Virus record (IMG/VR): IMGVR_UViG_3300021959_008943
DNA length: 20,000 nt
Reading direction: 5' to 3' (one strand)
DNA from: an uncultured virus (IMG/VR IMGVR_UViG_3300021959_008943)
Lineage: Duplodnaviria > Heunggongvirae > Uroviricota > Caudoviricetes
The position numbers and the translations under genes were made by a program. Shown piece by piece: positions 1 to 9,111 of the stretch (position 1 is the stretch's first letter; every line of letters begins with the position of its first letter). The notes under the pieces are model-generated. The model was given only the letters and a program-made list of their open reading frames with translations, ran no database searches and was not told the DNA's origin.

Positions 1-2
1 AG

Positions 3-28
3 AAAAGGCCAACCGAAGTTGACCTTTT
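3..28 (-). terminator. Rho-independent terminator with cUUCGg tetraloop ending the structural operon (possibly bidirectional)
   Basis: The minus strand reads AAAA-GGTCAAC-TTCG-GTTGGCC-TTTT: a 7-bp stem with one G-U pair, a C(UUCG)G loop typical of T4-like phage terminators, and a U-tract. It lies about 25 nt downstream of the stop codon at 54. Confidence 0.9.
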
Positions 29-53
29 ATACAATTATTTGATTTTAAAAACC

Positions 54-2183
54 TTAAAGACCAGGTCTACCATAAAAAACCATATCTCCACCACCGACCG
101 GACGGCCGTTGATGATGTCACCATCAGAACCAGAATCAGCAAATGAATATCTATTTGCTTGAGAATTACTATCTCTTAAAGCTGTACATTCATATTGAAC
201 AACTCCGCCATAGTTATTAACTACATACAAATATTCGCCAGTATGATTCCAACAAATACTATTAATTCCGTTCGCCCATCCTCTTCGGTAGCTAGATGCT
301 TTGGTGTAAACTACATGAGGATTAAGATCGCCCACATAATAATCATAGAAATCTGCAATACTAGTATAACCACTATCTGCATGATTAATTGGGGCATGAA
401 TAAGTTCATCTATTTTTGCTTGCAGTCTTGAGGAATCTCCAAACAAAGCAAAGCTTTCAGAATCTCTTAAATGTTTTGCATTACTTCCAAATCTCCTAAC
501 AATATCAGCATCTTTATCACCTGGACCTCCATATCCACCAGAATCCATATCGCCGAGGGGGTCGCCAAATGCATTTATTTGATTAAACGCTGAATCAAAT
601 CGATTCAGAGGAAACAGCGCGGGCGGACCAATGGTTGACCATGCGGACACATGATCAGCTAAGTCATCCCAATCTATTCCGGCATATCCTAGAGTCATGC
701 CTTTCCAATCAGCAACATTCTCAAGTCTATATGTTGCAGCTGAATCGGCATCACTATAAATATCATATTTAGGATTGTTCAAACTCTGTCCACTGCTGGC
801 CACCAACGCATCGCCATTTCGTGTGAAGCTTCCATTGCCGGTTGTTGCGCTATCAAAGTAATCAAAAGGTTGAACTGTGCTCAAATCCCACGGAGTATCT
901 AAAACAAAATTCACAAGCTCCTGGCCTCCGGCAAAGTTATTCGCAACTAGAGTCATTATTTTTCCATCTTGAGATATATCAAAAGCATCAAACCCCCTAT
1001 TGGCCCAATAAGTGTTAATGCCAGAGTTGGGATTGCTAGAATGTCTTTTCAGATTAAAATGATATTGATCGCTATCTATAGTAAATGAGCTGCCTTGATA
1101 ATTACTCATAGTAGCAGATATAATCCAACTATCATCTACAAATGTATTATAACCATCCCACCCTTCACTTTGTTTTTTAAGACCAGTGCAATGAATAAGC
1201 ACTTTTAAATTATCATCGCCATAAGTAGGATTACCATTTGGCGTTGGCCCTAATTGCATTCGCATTTTATACGCATGTGCATCAAAATTATAATTGCCTG
1301 AAACACGCGAAATCCACCAATCTTCGCCATTGGCGTTAAAAAAATCAGAATCTAAAGTTGCAATTGTAGTTGGTACGCGAAATGGTACGCCGCTTCCAGG
1401 GCGCCAACTTCCAAAGTTTTGCGCGGTGCCGTAATCGGTGGGATATCTTCTAATTGTACCGCATTTAGCAGTTGTATCGGCAATTGGGTCATTATCGCTT
1501 AGAAGGTAAGTAAACGCAGAATTAGTAAGTTCTATATCTCGCACACTGCTATTAATCACATTAGGGTAGCTAATATACGACGCACCGATAGGAATATAGT
1601 TTTTATGTAAATTTTGCTCAACAAATATCTTTTGGTCTGAATCATTATTACCGTTTGGATCAGTGTAATATTTATGAAATTCAGATAAATCGCCCTTATT
1701 ATTATTTACTTGCCAATGGGAAATTTGAGTACCATTTCCTCTAAGTTGATAAATACCGGCACCAATATAAGTTCGACGTGTTCGAATTGGCATACCAAAA
1801 TGAACTGTATAAAAAGACGCTGCGGGTTTGCCTCTATTACCATCTTGCAAAAATGGAACAGGCAACATTTTTAAATTAAGAATTCCACCATTAAAAACTG
1901 GATCAGGGCTCTTAGTAATACTACCAGTTTCTCTAGACGTATTACTACCATATTCAACGACATCATTAGGATAATATGTTCCATTAACTATTTGCGATCC
2001 TGCTGCGTTTCCAGCATGACTATCTCTCAAAGGACCCCGGTTCAAAATAGAAGCATTTCTATATTCTGGATAATTCATATCCACAACCATTAACGGACCA
2101 TCTGAACTATCTAGTCTTGACGGCCGCAGATGTCTAATATCCCAATTTAAAAGATGACTGGATTTACCGTTGTTTAATATCAT
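54..2183 (-). CDS. Putative virion/receptor-binding protein associated with the tail fibre (709 aa), with beta-propeller-like segments
   Basis: Long ORF starting 11 nt after the fibre gene and followed by the terminator. Propeller-blade-like segments include FDISQDGKIMTLV, LDTPWDLST and ICWNHTGEYLYVV. Function is inferred from position. Confidence 0.5.
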   Translation of the reverse strand: MILNNGKSSHLLNWDIRHLRPSRLDSSDGPLMVVDMNYPEYRNASILNRGPLRDSHAGNAAGSQIVNGTYYPNDVVEYGSNTSRETGSITKSPDPVFNGGILNLKMLPVPFLQDGNRGKPAASFYTVHFGMPIRTRRTYIGAGIYQLRGNGTQISHWQVNNNKGDLSEFHKYYTDPNGNNDSDQKIFVEQNLHKNYIPIGASYISYPNVINSSVRDIELTNSAFTYLLSDNDPIADTTAKCGTIRRYPTDYGTAQNFGSWRPGSGVPFRVPTTIATLDSDFFNANGEDWWISRVSGNYNFDAHAYKMRMQLGPTPNGNPTYGDDNLKVLIHCTGLKKQSEGWDGYNTFVDDSWIISATMSNYQGSSFTIDSDQYHFNLKRHSSNPNSGINTYWANRGFDAFDISQDGKIMTLVANNFAGGQELVNFVLDTPWDLSTVQPFDYFDSATTGNGSFTRNGDALVASSGQSLNNPKYDIYSDADSAATYRLENVADWKGMTLGYAGIDWDDLADHVSAWSTIGPPALFPLNRFDSAFNQINAFGDPLGDMDSGGYGGPGDKDADIVRRFGSNAKHLRDSESFALFGDSSRLQAKIDELIHAPINHADSGYTSIADFYDYYVGDLNPHVVYTKASSYRRGWANGINSICWNHTGEYLYVVNNYGGVVQYECTALRDSNSQANRYSFADSGSDGDIINGRPVGGGDMVFYGRPGL

Positions 2184-2194
2184 TTAATTCTCTA

Positions 2195-5100
2195 TTATGC
2201 AAAATCTTGACCAACAACAGAACCATAAACAGTAGCTCCACCATCAGTTGTAAAAAATTGATAAAGTTGAGTGGAACTTGAAGCAACCGGAGTTTGAGGT
2301 TTTACTCCACCGCTCCACTTTACAGAAGATGGCCAAGTAATCTCTCTGCCACCGGTTGCTCCGTTTACGAGCATTACCATTAATTGAGCAAAATAACTAT
2401 TTGCAGGCAAATCAGTAAAGCCTATTGGAAAATTATTATTACCAGTATTTGTAATTTTATAATATTGGTTAGTTTTCCAGCTAAGGTTTTCTGTTGAAGT
2501 ATTAGTTTTAGTAATCTCAGTTCTAGAAGTAAATACGGTATTTGATGCTGTATATCCAACAACATTTACTATACCAGTACCATCAGACTCTTTAAGGTCT
2601 AGAGCCGATACGCCATATCCATCACCAACTGTATTGCTTTTTAATTTGAATGAAAGCTGATCTGCTGTATTAAGGTCTAAAAATCCTCTTTGTGCTGTTC
2701 CGTCTCTGAAATTAATTATTCCCAATCCAGCATCAAGTGTAAGATCGCCGTTACCAGTCTTTATAGTTACAGCGTCTGTTCCACTACCACCGCCACCAGT
2801 TCCATAGAACTCCCCATCCCCAGATACAGTAACCCCGCCTGCGTTAGATCCATTACCATAGCTAATTAATGTGTAATACGCTCCGCCTGCGTTATCTGTT
2901 ACGCGCAACGCCCCACTGGAATTGAGGGTTTTAAGCTTAATATCTGCACCATTACCTGTAGTTTTTAAATTAATAGATTGCGCATTACTAATTTCAAAAA
3001 GACCATTATCATCTAGGGTCATGGTAGTAGTATCACCACCTAGGCCATTTTTAAACAAAAAGTCATTACCCTCAGCATCAAATGTAATATCGCCATCAGA
3101 TGTTAATCCAAGGCCGTTTAAACTACGTGTATCAACTGCGCCTAATGCCATTCTAGTAGCTGAATCGCCATTCCATAATACAAACTGGTCTGTGCTATCT
3201 GCAGATATTTGAGTAGATAATTCATTAGGCGCAAATTCTAATGAATGATTAATGTTGGATCCACTAATGTCGCCAGTTGATGTTAAACCAATTCCAGCCT
3301 GTAAAGTTCCAACATAATCAGTAGCTGTAAATGTTGCATCAATCATAGCTTGAGCAGACGATGAATCCATAACATCTAATGTTACATTGCCACCAAGAGA
3401 TACTGATTTACCAATAGTATCTTCTCTAGTTTTAATTGTAATACTATTATTGGTTAGTTTAGAATTAGCAATTGATCCAGCAAGTTGTGCATTTGATATG
3501 CCTAAAGCTTTAACACTTACAGCACCAGCGGTAACACTAAAGTCATTACTATTAAATGAAGCAACACCCAACGTAGATGTTGTTGCAGCAGCTACAGATA
3601 AATCTACAGTATTGTCATCTGATTGATATGTTGCGGTAATATTTGTTTCGACATTCCCACTAAACAATCCGCCCGCAATTTTCTTAACATCTGAATCATT
3701 TACTTCAATAGTAACTTTATCGGTTGAAGAATTAACACCAATATCAATGCCTTCACCTTCTACAAAAGTAAGAGTTCCGCCTAACGAAACTGCTGCAGTA
3801 TTACCATCAGAATCTTTAAATGAAATTGATGAGTTAGCCAATTCAGCATTTGCCACTCCACCATTTTTAATTGTAACATCGCCGGCTGATACTAAGAAAT
3901 TATCAGAGCTAAATGATGCAATACCAAGAATGTCTGAATCTGCTTCATCAACAGAAACTGTTAAAGTAGATCCTGCCAAGTTTGTTTGAACTGATGTACC
4001 ACCATCAATCTTTAATGTTCCGGAACCTGTGGTTGCATTTACAAATAGATCATCATCATCATCGTCTTTAAAATGAATACCACCTGTAGTTGGAGCAGCA
4101 ATTGACAATTGATAGAACGTACCAGTTGAGTCAGTTGCTTCCCAATATCTACTGGTTTCATTCCATCTAAAGCCAGCGTAAAAAGTAGCTGCATCAACTT
4201 CACCACCAACAAAAACCCCAGCTCCACCAGCTTGGTTTGAATCAGTTAGGCCTGACCCAAGAACAATACTTTTATCTTCAACATTTAATGTTGAGGTATT
4301 TAGAATTGTTTGTGCGCCTTGAACAGTTAAGTTACCAGCAATAACAACATCATCAGGTAAGCCAACTGTAATTGTATCGCCAGATCTTACACTCGTAACT
4401 TGGCCGCTTGTTCCTTGTACTGTAAGAGTATTACCTCTATCCAAAGCAGAACCAGTATCACTGGCGCTGTCTTTTAAAGTTAATAGTGTATTTAAACTTA
4501 CTGCACCAGATGTTACTGTAAAATCTCCAGAGTTAAATGATGCAACGCCTTTATTTGAACTTGAAGCATTTTCGCCTTTAATTGTATAAGTGCCAGCGCC
4601 ATTTGTAATATCAATGCCTTCTCCTTCAACAAGAAAATTGCCTAAATCTGAATCAACTCTAGCTGTTGTATAGTAAATGTTTGTTGAGCCTTCATCTACT
4701 GAATCTGTAGACATAGCGTTCAATTCGTTAATAGCACCAGATAGTGTATTTGAGACAGTAGTTAAAGAAGAAGCACCAATTTCAGCATCAAGCTCATTAA
4801 TACCACCAGTTAAAGTTTTAGAAGTTGTTGTAAGATTTATAGCTGGTCTACTGCCAATGTCTGAATCTAATTCGTTAATAGCATCTACAACGTTCTGGCC
4901 TGTTGTGTTTAAACCTCCAGAGCCCATTGAATCATTCAATGTAGTAATATCAGTTTCGTGCTCATTAATAGCACCGCGAAGAGTACTTGCAGAAGTAGTT
5001 AAACTAGCCGCACCAATTTCACCATCAAGCTCATTAATACCACCAGTTAAAGTTTTTGCTGTGGTTGTCAAACCTGTATAAGGTCTTGCTCCAATGTCTG

Positions 5101-6064
5101 AATCTAATTCGTTAATAGCATCAGATAAAGTAGTTGCAGTAGTTGTTAAAGCTTGACCAGGTTCTACTTTAGTGTTAAGAGTATCAATTTCAACTTCTAA
5201 TTCGGATATAGCTCCACTCACTGTGGATGCCGTTGTGCCCATAGCACCGGCTGTGATAGTACCTAGTTCCGCATCTAATTCATTAAGAGCTGTGGTTAAT
5301 GCTGTTGCTGTTGTAGTTAAGTTACCAACTGTGCCAATATCAGATTCATGCTCGTTAATGGCCGCAACTATATTTTGTCCAGTAGTATTTAAACCACCAG
5401 AACCCATTGAATCATTTAGTGTATCAATTTCAACTTCTAATTCGGATATAGCCCCGCTTACTGTAGAAGCAGTTGTTCCCATTGCGCCGGATGAAATAGT
5501 ACCTAACTCAGCATCTAATTCATTGATGGCCGCAAAAGCATTTTGAGCGCTGGTACTTAGACTAGCTAGTGTACCTACAGAATCACGTAGCTCATTGATA
5601 GCATCGGTAAGTGTAGTACTGATGAATCCAACAAGACTTTGCGCAGGTTCGACATGAGCGTTGAGCGTATCAATTTCAGCTTCTAATTCACTAATAGCTC
5701 CACTTACAGTGGAAGCAGATGTACCCATTGCAGCAGGACTAATATCGTCAAGTTCTGCATCTAACTCATTGATAGCATCTGTTAGATTTTTAGCAGTGGT
5801 TGAAAGAGATATATAAGGTCTAACGCCTACGTCAGAATCAAGCTCATTGATAGCATCTGTTAAATTTTTAGCAATAGTAGTTAAATTAGAATGTGGTCTA
5901 GGACCAATGTCAGAATCAAGCTCATTGATAGCATCAGCCACAGGGCCAGCAGTAGTAGTCATTGTTGAAACATCGCCAACGGAATCAATAAGATCGTTAA
6001 ATCTTAATCTGCTAGTATTTAGTGTATCGCCAAGATCAACGTAAGGTATCTTTGAATTAGCCAT
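2195..6064 (-). CDS. Long tail fibre / fibritin-like trimeric fibre protein (1289 aa)
   Basis: N-terminal anchor (DTLNTSRLRFNDL), 16 coiled-coil AINEL-type repeats, a G/S/T-rich beta-repeat shaft, and a C-terminal domain (ITWPSSVKWSGG..P...YQFFTTDGGATVYG) commonly seen at phage fibre termini. Confidence 0.8.
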   Translation of the reverse strand: MANSKIPYVDLGDTLNTSRLRFNDLIDSVGDVSTMTTTAGPVADAINELDSDIGPRPHSNLTTIAKNLTDAINELDSDVGVRPYISLSTTAKNLTDAINELDAELDDISPAAMGTSASTVSGAISELEAEIDTLNAHVEPAQSLVGFISTTLTDAINELRDSVGTLASLSTSAQNAFAAINELDAELGTISSGAMGTTASTVSGAISELEVEIDTLNDSMGSGGLNTTGQNIVAAINEHESDIGTVGNLTTTATALTTALNELDAELGTITAGAMGTTASTVSGAISELEVEIDTLNTKVEPGQALTTTATTLSDAINELDSDIGARPYTGLTTTAKTLTGGINELDGEIGAASLTTSASTLRGAINEHETDITTLNDSMGSGGLNTTGQNVVDAINELDSDIGSRPAINLTTTSKTLTGGINELDAEIGASSLTTVSNTLSGAINELNAMSTDSVDEGSTNIYYTTARVDSDLGNFLVEGEGIDITNGAGTYTIKGENASSSNKGVASFNSGDFTVTSGAVSLNTLLTLKDSASDTGSALDRGNTLTVQGTSGQVTSVRSGDTITVGLPDDVVIAGNLTVQGAQTILNTSTLNVEDKSIVLGSGLTDSNQAGGAGVFVGGEVDAATFYAGFRWNETSRYWEATDSTGTFYQLSIAAPTTGGIHFKDDDDDDLFVNATTGSGTLKIDGGTSVQTNLAGSTLTVSVDEADSDILGIASFSSDNFLVSAGDVTIKNGGVANAELANSSISFKDSDGNTAAVSLGGTLTFVEGEGIDIGVNSSTDKVTIEVNDSDVKKIAGGLFSGNVETNITATYQSDDNTVDLSVAAATTSTLGVASFNSNDFSVTAGAVSVKALGISNAQLAGSIANSKLTNNSITIKTREDTIGKSVSLGGNVTLDVMDSSSAQAMIDATFTATDYVGTLQAGIGLTSTGDISGSNINHSLEFAPNELSTQISADSTDQFVLWNGDSATRMALGAVDTRSLNGLGLTSDGDITFDAEGNDFLFKNGLGGDTTTMTLDDNGLFEISNAQSINLKTTGNGADIKLKTLNSSGALRVTDNAGGAYYTLISYGNGSNAGGVTVSGDGEFYGTGGGGSGTDAVTIKTGNGDLTLDAGLGIINFRDGTAQRGFLDLNTADQLSFKLKSNTVGDGYGVSALDLKESDGTGIVNVVGYTASNTVFTSRTEITKTNTSTENLSWKTNQYYKITNTGNNNFPIGFTDLPANSYFAQLMVMLVNGATGGREITWPSSVKWSGGVKPQTPVASSSTQLYQFFTTDGGATVYGSVVGQDFA
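4720..5960 (-). repeat. Intragenic tandem repeat array (16 LTT..xxLxxAINEL[D/E] units of about 22-30 aa)
   Basis: Visible in the protein and in the DNA. Identical or near-identical stretches occur at 5831-5857/5909-5935 (offset 78), 5181-5212/5421-5452 (offset 240) and 4854-4885/5091-5122 (offset 237). Confidence 0.9.
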
Positions 6065-6275
6065 TATTATTGCTCTCTAATAGTTGCTGCAGCATTGCTT
6101 TAATTTCTGTTACATCTGTCTTTATTTGTTCAAATTCTTCACGTTCTTTAATTTTAGCATCCCGAGCTCTTCGACGCAAATTAGACTTATCTTTATTTAT
6201 ATTAACTATGGAGTTAGTTCTAACATCTCTGGCTAAATCTGGATATCCTTCAACTTTAATTAAATAGTCTTTCAT
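6057..6275 (-). CDS. Small T4-like phage hypothetical protein with C-terminal coiled coil (72 aa)
   Basis: IKVEGYPDLARDVRTNSIVNIN followed by a heptad-rich tail. It resembles the small ORF that follows the DUF4815-like gene in marine T4-like phages, and overlaps both neighbours (TAATG at 6275; 8-nt overlap with the fibre start). Confidence 0.75.
   Translation of the reverse strand: MKDYLIKVEGYPDLARDVRTNSIVNINKDKSNLRRRARDAKIKEREEFEQIKTDVTEIKAMLQQLLESNNNG
6194..6201 (-). promoter_or_regulatory. T4-type late promoter TATAAATA inside the 72-aa ORF, about 130 nt upstream of the fibre gene
   Basis: Exact match to the gp55 late consensus on the coding strand (+ strand tatttata). Confidence 0.55.
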
Positions 6276-7936
6276 TATATTGTTGCAAGCGTTCTAAGGT
6301 TTTTAATAATAGGAACATTGGAAGATCGAGTTGAATTGAAAGTAATTTTTATTTGATATTCATCAAACGATTCTATATCAAAAATATTAAATTCATATTG
6401 TCTAGTAAAAGGACTTCTTTCGTTCTGAGAATAATTAGATTTATTCGGTGGGTTAATAGTTTTACTAAATTCTGTCCAATCGATTTCTGATATTCTTGTT
6501 GATGATGCGCTTTGATTTGTTCTGTACCAAACAGAGAAATCAGAACCGTGAGGACGGATAGCATCCATAATTACTCTGATTGATGTAGCATCATCTTCTA
6601 GCACGAATGGTATCGTAATATGTTTAGAAGCAGTAGTACCACCATCAGCATTTGTTTCTGCAACATGCGTAATAGTCGATAATACGTTTCTATCGCTATC
6701 GCCATCAGAATTAATATCTTCACTTGCAGAATCTTGATAATCAATAAAGTTGCTAATAACTCCAAAAGATCCTGCATTAACGTTAATGCTAGGAGCAACA
6801 TACTTATGATCAGTTTTAAGAGTAATATCGAAATATGTAGAAGAACTATCTGCTGCTTCATTATTAATTGATTGTACCACATGAGGATCTTTTAGTCTCA
6901 TAACCTGGCCAATATCAACAGCTACGTTATTCGTTCTAGCTCCTTGGGTTTCTGTTCCGCCAAACGATTTATGAGTAATAAAATTACCAGTTGCATATAT
7001 TTCAGTGTGTATTGGTTCATAACGCGGCAGAGATAATATCATATCGTTAATTACATATTGTTCTGTAGCTTTTACAATATTATTACCAAATCTTCCACTT
7101 GAATCTGCTGATGAATCTATCGCAATCGTGTAGCCATACGGATCTGCTTTTGTGATAGTTCTTTGTCCTACAATACTTGAACCAAAAACACCGCCATAAG
7201 ATGTTGAGCTATCAAGGCCAGTTAAGTGAACTGTATCACCAGGCAAAAACCCGTGCGATGGGTGAATCACTTGTGCAGAATCAGCTCCTGCAGTTAATAT
7301 AATTGGATCAGAAGGATATTTAACTAAGTTTTCTGTAAAGCGATTTTCGGTCAGAGCTTTGACTGGGGGAGTAGGAATTCTGACTCTTGCTGTATTAATA
7401 TTATTAGTAAATACTGCTCTATAAACTTTAAAAGCAATATCTGTATTTTGATCCTTTGACCAAGTTGTACCATTTGAAGATTGAAAGAATACACCAGCAT
7501 CTAGCTGATGAGTTACTCTTACTGAATTAGAATTAGGTAATTTATATTCGCCTAATGTTCCTGCAAAAACTTTGTATTGACTAGCAGGCGCAGCAGTATA
7601 GGCCACAATAGCCATTTCAGTATTTCCAGGAACATAAAGTGGTTCTCTAAAAGTAAATTTATATTCTGTCGCATCACTGAAAGTTGCGCTTGCTACTGTA
7701 CGAATTTGAGCAGCTGATGCTGTAACTCTTGTACCAGGAATAAATTCTTGTGATGATGGATTACCACCATTAACGACTGGTCTTAATTCTATAATGATAG
7801 GCAAATCATCTTGTAACGCTGTCGGAGCACTTGAAAAGAATAAACCTACACCGGTAAGAACAGAACCTTGACGCTCTACAACCCTGAATGTTTGAGCCAT
7901 AGGATTGAGCTGTTCTGTAAGTGAAATTCCAGCCAT
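6275..7936 (-). CDS. Virion structural protein resembling the C-terminal part of DUF4815/VrlC-like proteins (553 aa)
   Basis: Motifs PMAQTF, LTGVGLFF, GVFFQSSNGTTWSKDQNTDIAFKVYRAVF and terminal FDEYQIKI...PIIKNLRTLA match the C-terminal region of the large cyanophage-type baseplate-associated protein. RBS GAGGA upstream. Confidence 0.7.
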   Translation of the reverse strand: MAGISLTEQLNPMAQTFRVVERQGSVLTGVGLFFSSAPTALQDDLPIIIELRPVVNGGNPSSQEFIPGTRVTASAAQIRTVASATFSDATEYKFTFREPLYVPGNTEMAIVAYTAAPASQYKVFAGTLGEYKLPNSNSVRVTHQLDAGVFFQSSNGTTWSKDQNTDIAFKVYRAVFTNNINTARVRIPTPPVKALTENRFTENLVKYPSDPIILTAGADSAQVIHPSHGFLPGDTVHLTGLDSSTSYGGVFGSSIVGQRTITKADPYGYTIAIDSSADSSGRFGNNIVKATEQYVINDMILSLPRYEPIHTEIYATGNFITHKSFGGTETQGARTNNVAVDIGQVMRLKDPHVVQSINNEAADSSSTYFDITLKTDHKYVAPSINVNAGSFGVISNFIDYQDSASEDINSDGDSDRNVLSTITHVAETNADGGTTASKHITIPFVLEDDATSIRVIMDAIRPHGSDFSVWYRTNQSASSTRISEIDWTEFSKTINPPNKSNYSQNERSPFTRQYEFNIFDIESFDEYQIKITFNSTRSSNVPIIKNLRTLATI

Positions 7937-9102
7937 TATTGATTCCTCATTTCCATCTTAGTATTTGTCAAATATTTTCCAATAAATTTACATAAAGGAA
8001 CACCAGCATTAAACATTAATCTTCCTGCTAAATTATCTTTATGTTTAGTAGGTTCCATCTTATGAGCAATATGTTGAGCCCAACATCTGGTGAATGGGAT
8101 AACCCATGCATGAAGATATATTTTAGATAAAATAGATCCTGTATTCATCCATTTAATCATAGGCTCAGCCCATGCATGATATCCTTCTAAAACAACTGGA
8201 TTTTCTGAAGCTACTATATCGCCAAACTGTTCATCTAAAATCCAGACATCTTTATCAAGATAACCTAATTCGTAAATGTAGTTACAAAGAACTGATTCAC
8301 TATTACTACTATTATTAGCATTTTTACCTGCATCGCTATTATTGTCTTGTGCTGTTATTATCACGCCTTGGTTATTTGGCGTGCCCTTGGCGATTGCCAC
8401 TTCGCCCCAACCAAGCGATTTAGCGTGCTGTTCAGAAACATAATAATTATAGCCATCATTGCCAAGATAAAGTTTCTTATCGTCGCTGCCACGATCATTG
8501 TCAGAGTTGTTGTTTTGCGGAGATTGAGAAGCAGGTACTGTCACCCAATCATAAATTGGCGCGTCATATGCTACATTAGTTGTTACACTATATTCCCAAT
8601 ACACTTCATATAAACCTGTTGAAACAAATTCGCCTTCAGCATAAGACAGAGCTTTTGATTTATCTAAAATATCAATATCAATAGCTGTTATTTTTTTAGT
8701 TCCTGTTTTGAACGAAAGAGTATCATTTGATTGTAAATAAAATGCACCACTTAAAGTTCCGCTGGCATCAGTGCTGATCGGGCCTGAAGCATTTGTAGGA
8801 CCGCCTTGTGCAGTAGGAAATGATGTAGCAGTAATATAATTATCGCCAGGATTTCTTAATATTGAATTTATAGGAGCGTTATTAAAGCTATCTAAATTAT
8901 AACTAGTATTAACCCATTTTGTAACATCAATACCGTCAAAGAAAATCCAATGGGGTGTGCTTGGTCTCAAACCCACCATTTCAAAAAAGACAAATTTTGG
9001 CTTACAAATAGAAACTGTTTCATAACCTAAGTTGTTTTCATAGGTATTAGTTTCGGATTTGTATTTTACTTCTGTTCCAACCTGTTGGTATGCTTGCACC
9101 AT
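7936..9102 (-). CDS. Virion structural protein resembling the middle part of DUF4815/VrlC-like proteins, plus an appended C-terminal helical domain (388 aa)
   Basis: GLRPSTPHWIFFDGIDVT and TDASGTLSGAFYL...FKTGTK match the middle of DUF4815-type proteins. An N/S/D-rich linker leads to a VLCNYIYELG...GYHAWAEPMIKWM domain. RBS AGGAGA upstream. Confidence 0.65.
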   Translation of the reverse strand: MVQAYQQVGTEVKYKSETNTYENNLGYETVSICKPKFVFFEMVGLRPSTPHWIFFDGIDVTKWVNTSYNLDSFNNAPINSILRNPGDNYITATSFPTAQGGPTNASGPISTDASGTLSGAFYLQSNDTLSFKTGTKKITAIDIDILDKSKALSYAEGEFVSTGLYEVYWEYSVTTNVAYDAPIYDWVTVPASQSPQNNNSDNDRGSDDKKLYLGNDGYNYYVSEQHAKSLGWGEVAIAKGTPNNQGVIITAQDNNSDAGKNANNSSNSESVLCNYIYELGYLDKDVWILDEQFGDIVASENPVVLEGYHAWAEPMIKWMNTGSILSKIYLHAWVIPFTRCWAQHIAHKMEPTKHKDNLAGRLMFNAGVPLCKFIGKYLTNTKMEMRNQ

Positions 9103-9111
9103 ATCTATCTC

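Noticed and set aside
755..762. TATAAATA on the + strand (also at 9697-9704)
   Set aside because: Antisense to the genes with no credible downstream ORF. It shows the 8-mer occurs by chance in this AT-rich DNA.
4720..5960. Repeats as a CRISPR array or a diversity-generating retroelement TR/VR pair
   Set aside because: The repeats are in-frame, degenerate coding units with no constant repeat plus unique spacer structure. No adenine-specific mismatch pattern was evident, and there is no reverse transcriptase or cas gene in the window.
2922..6267. Series of + strand ORFs (96, 79, 80, 134, 124, 65 and 65 aa)
   Set aside because: These are antisense shadows of the fibre and neighbouring genes caused by codon bias and repeats, with no independent protein features.
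7930..7945. Programmed frameshift fusing the 388-aa and 553-aa ORFs at the TAATG overlap
   Set aside because: No slippery heptamer is present. A GAGGA RBS precedes the ATG, and the same TAATG coupling occurs at 6275 and 15627, consistent with ordinary translational coupling.
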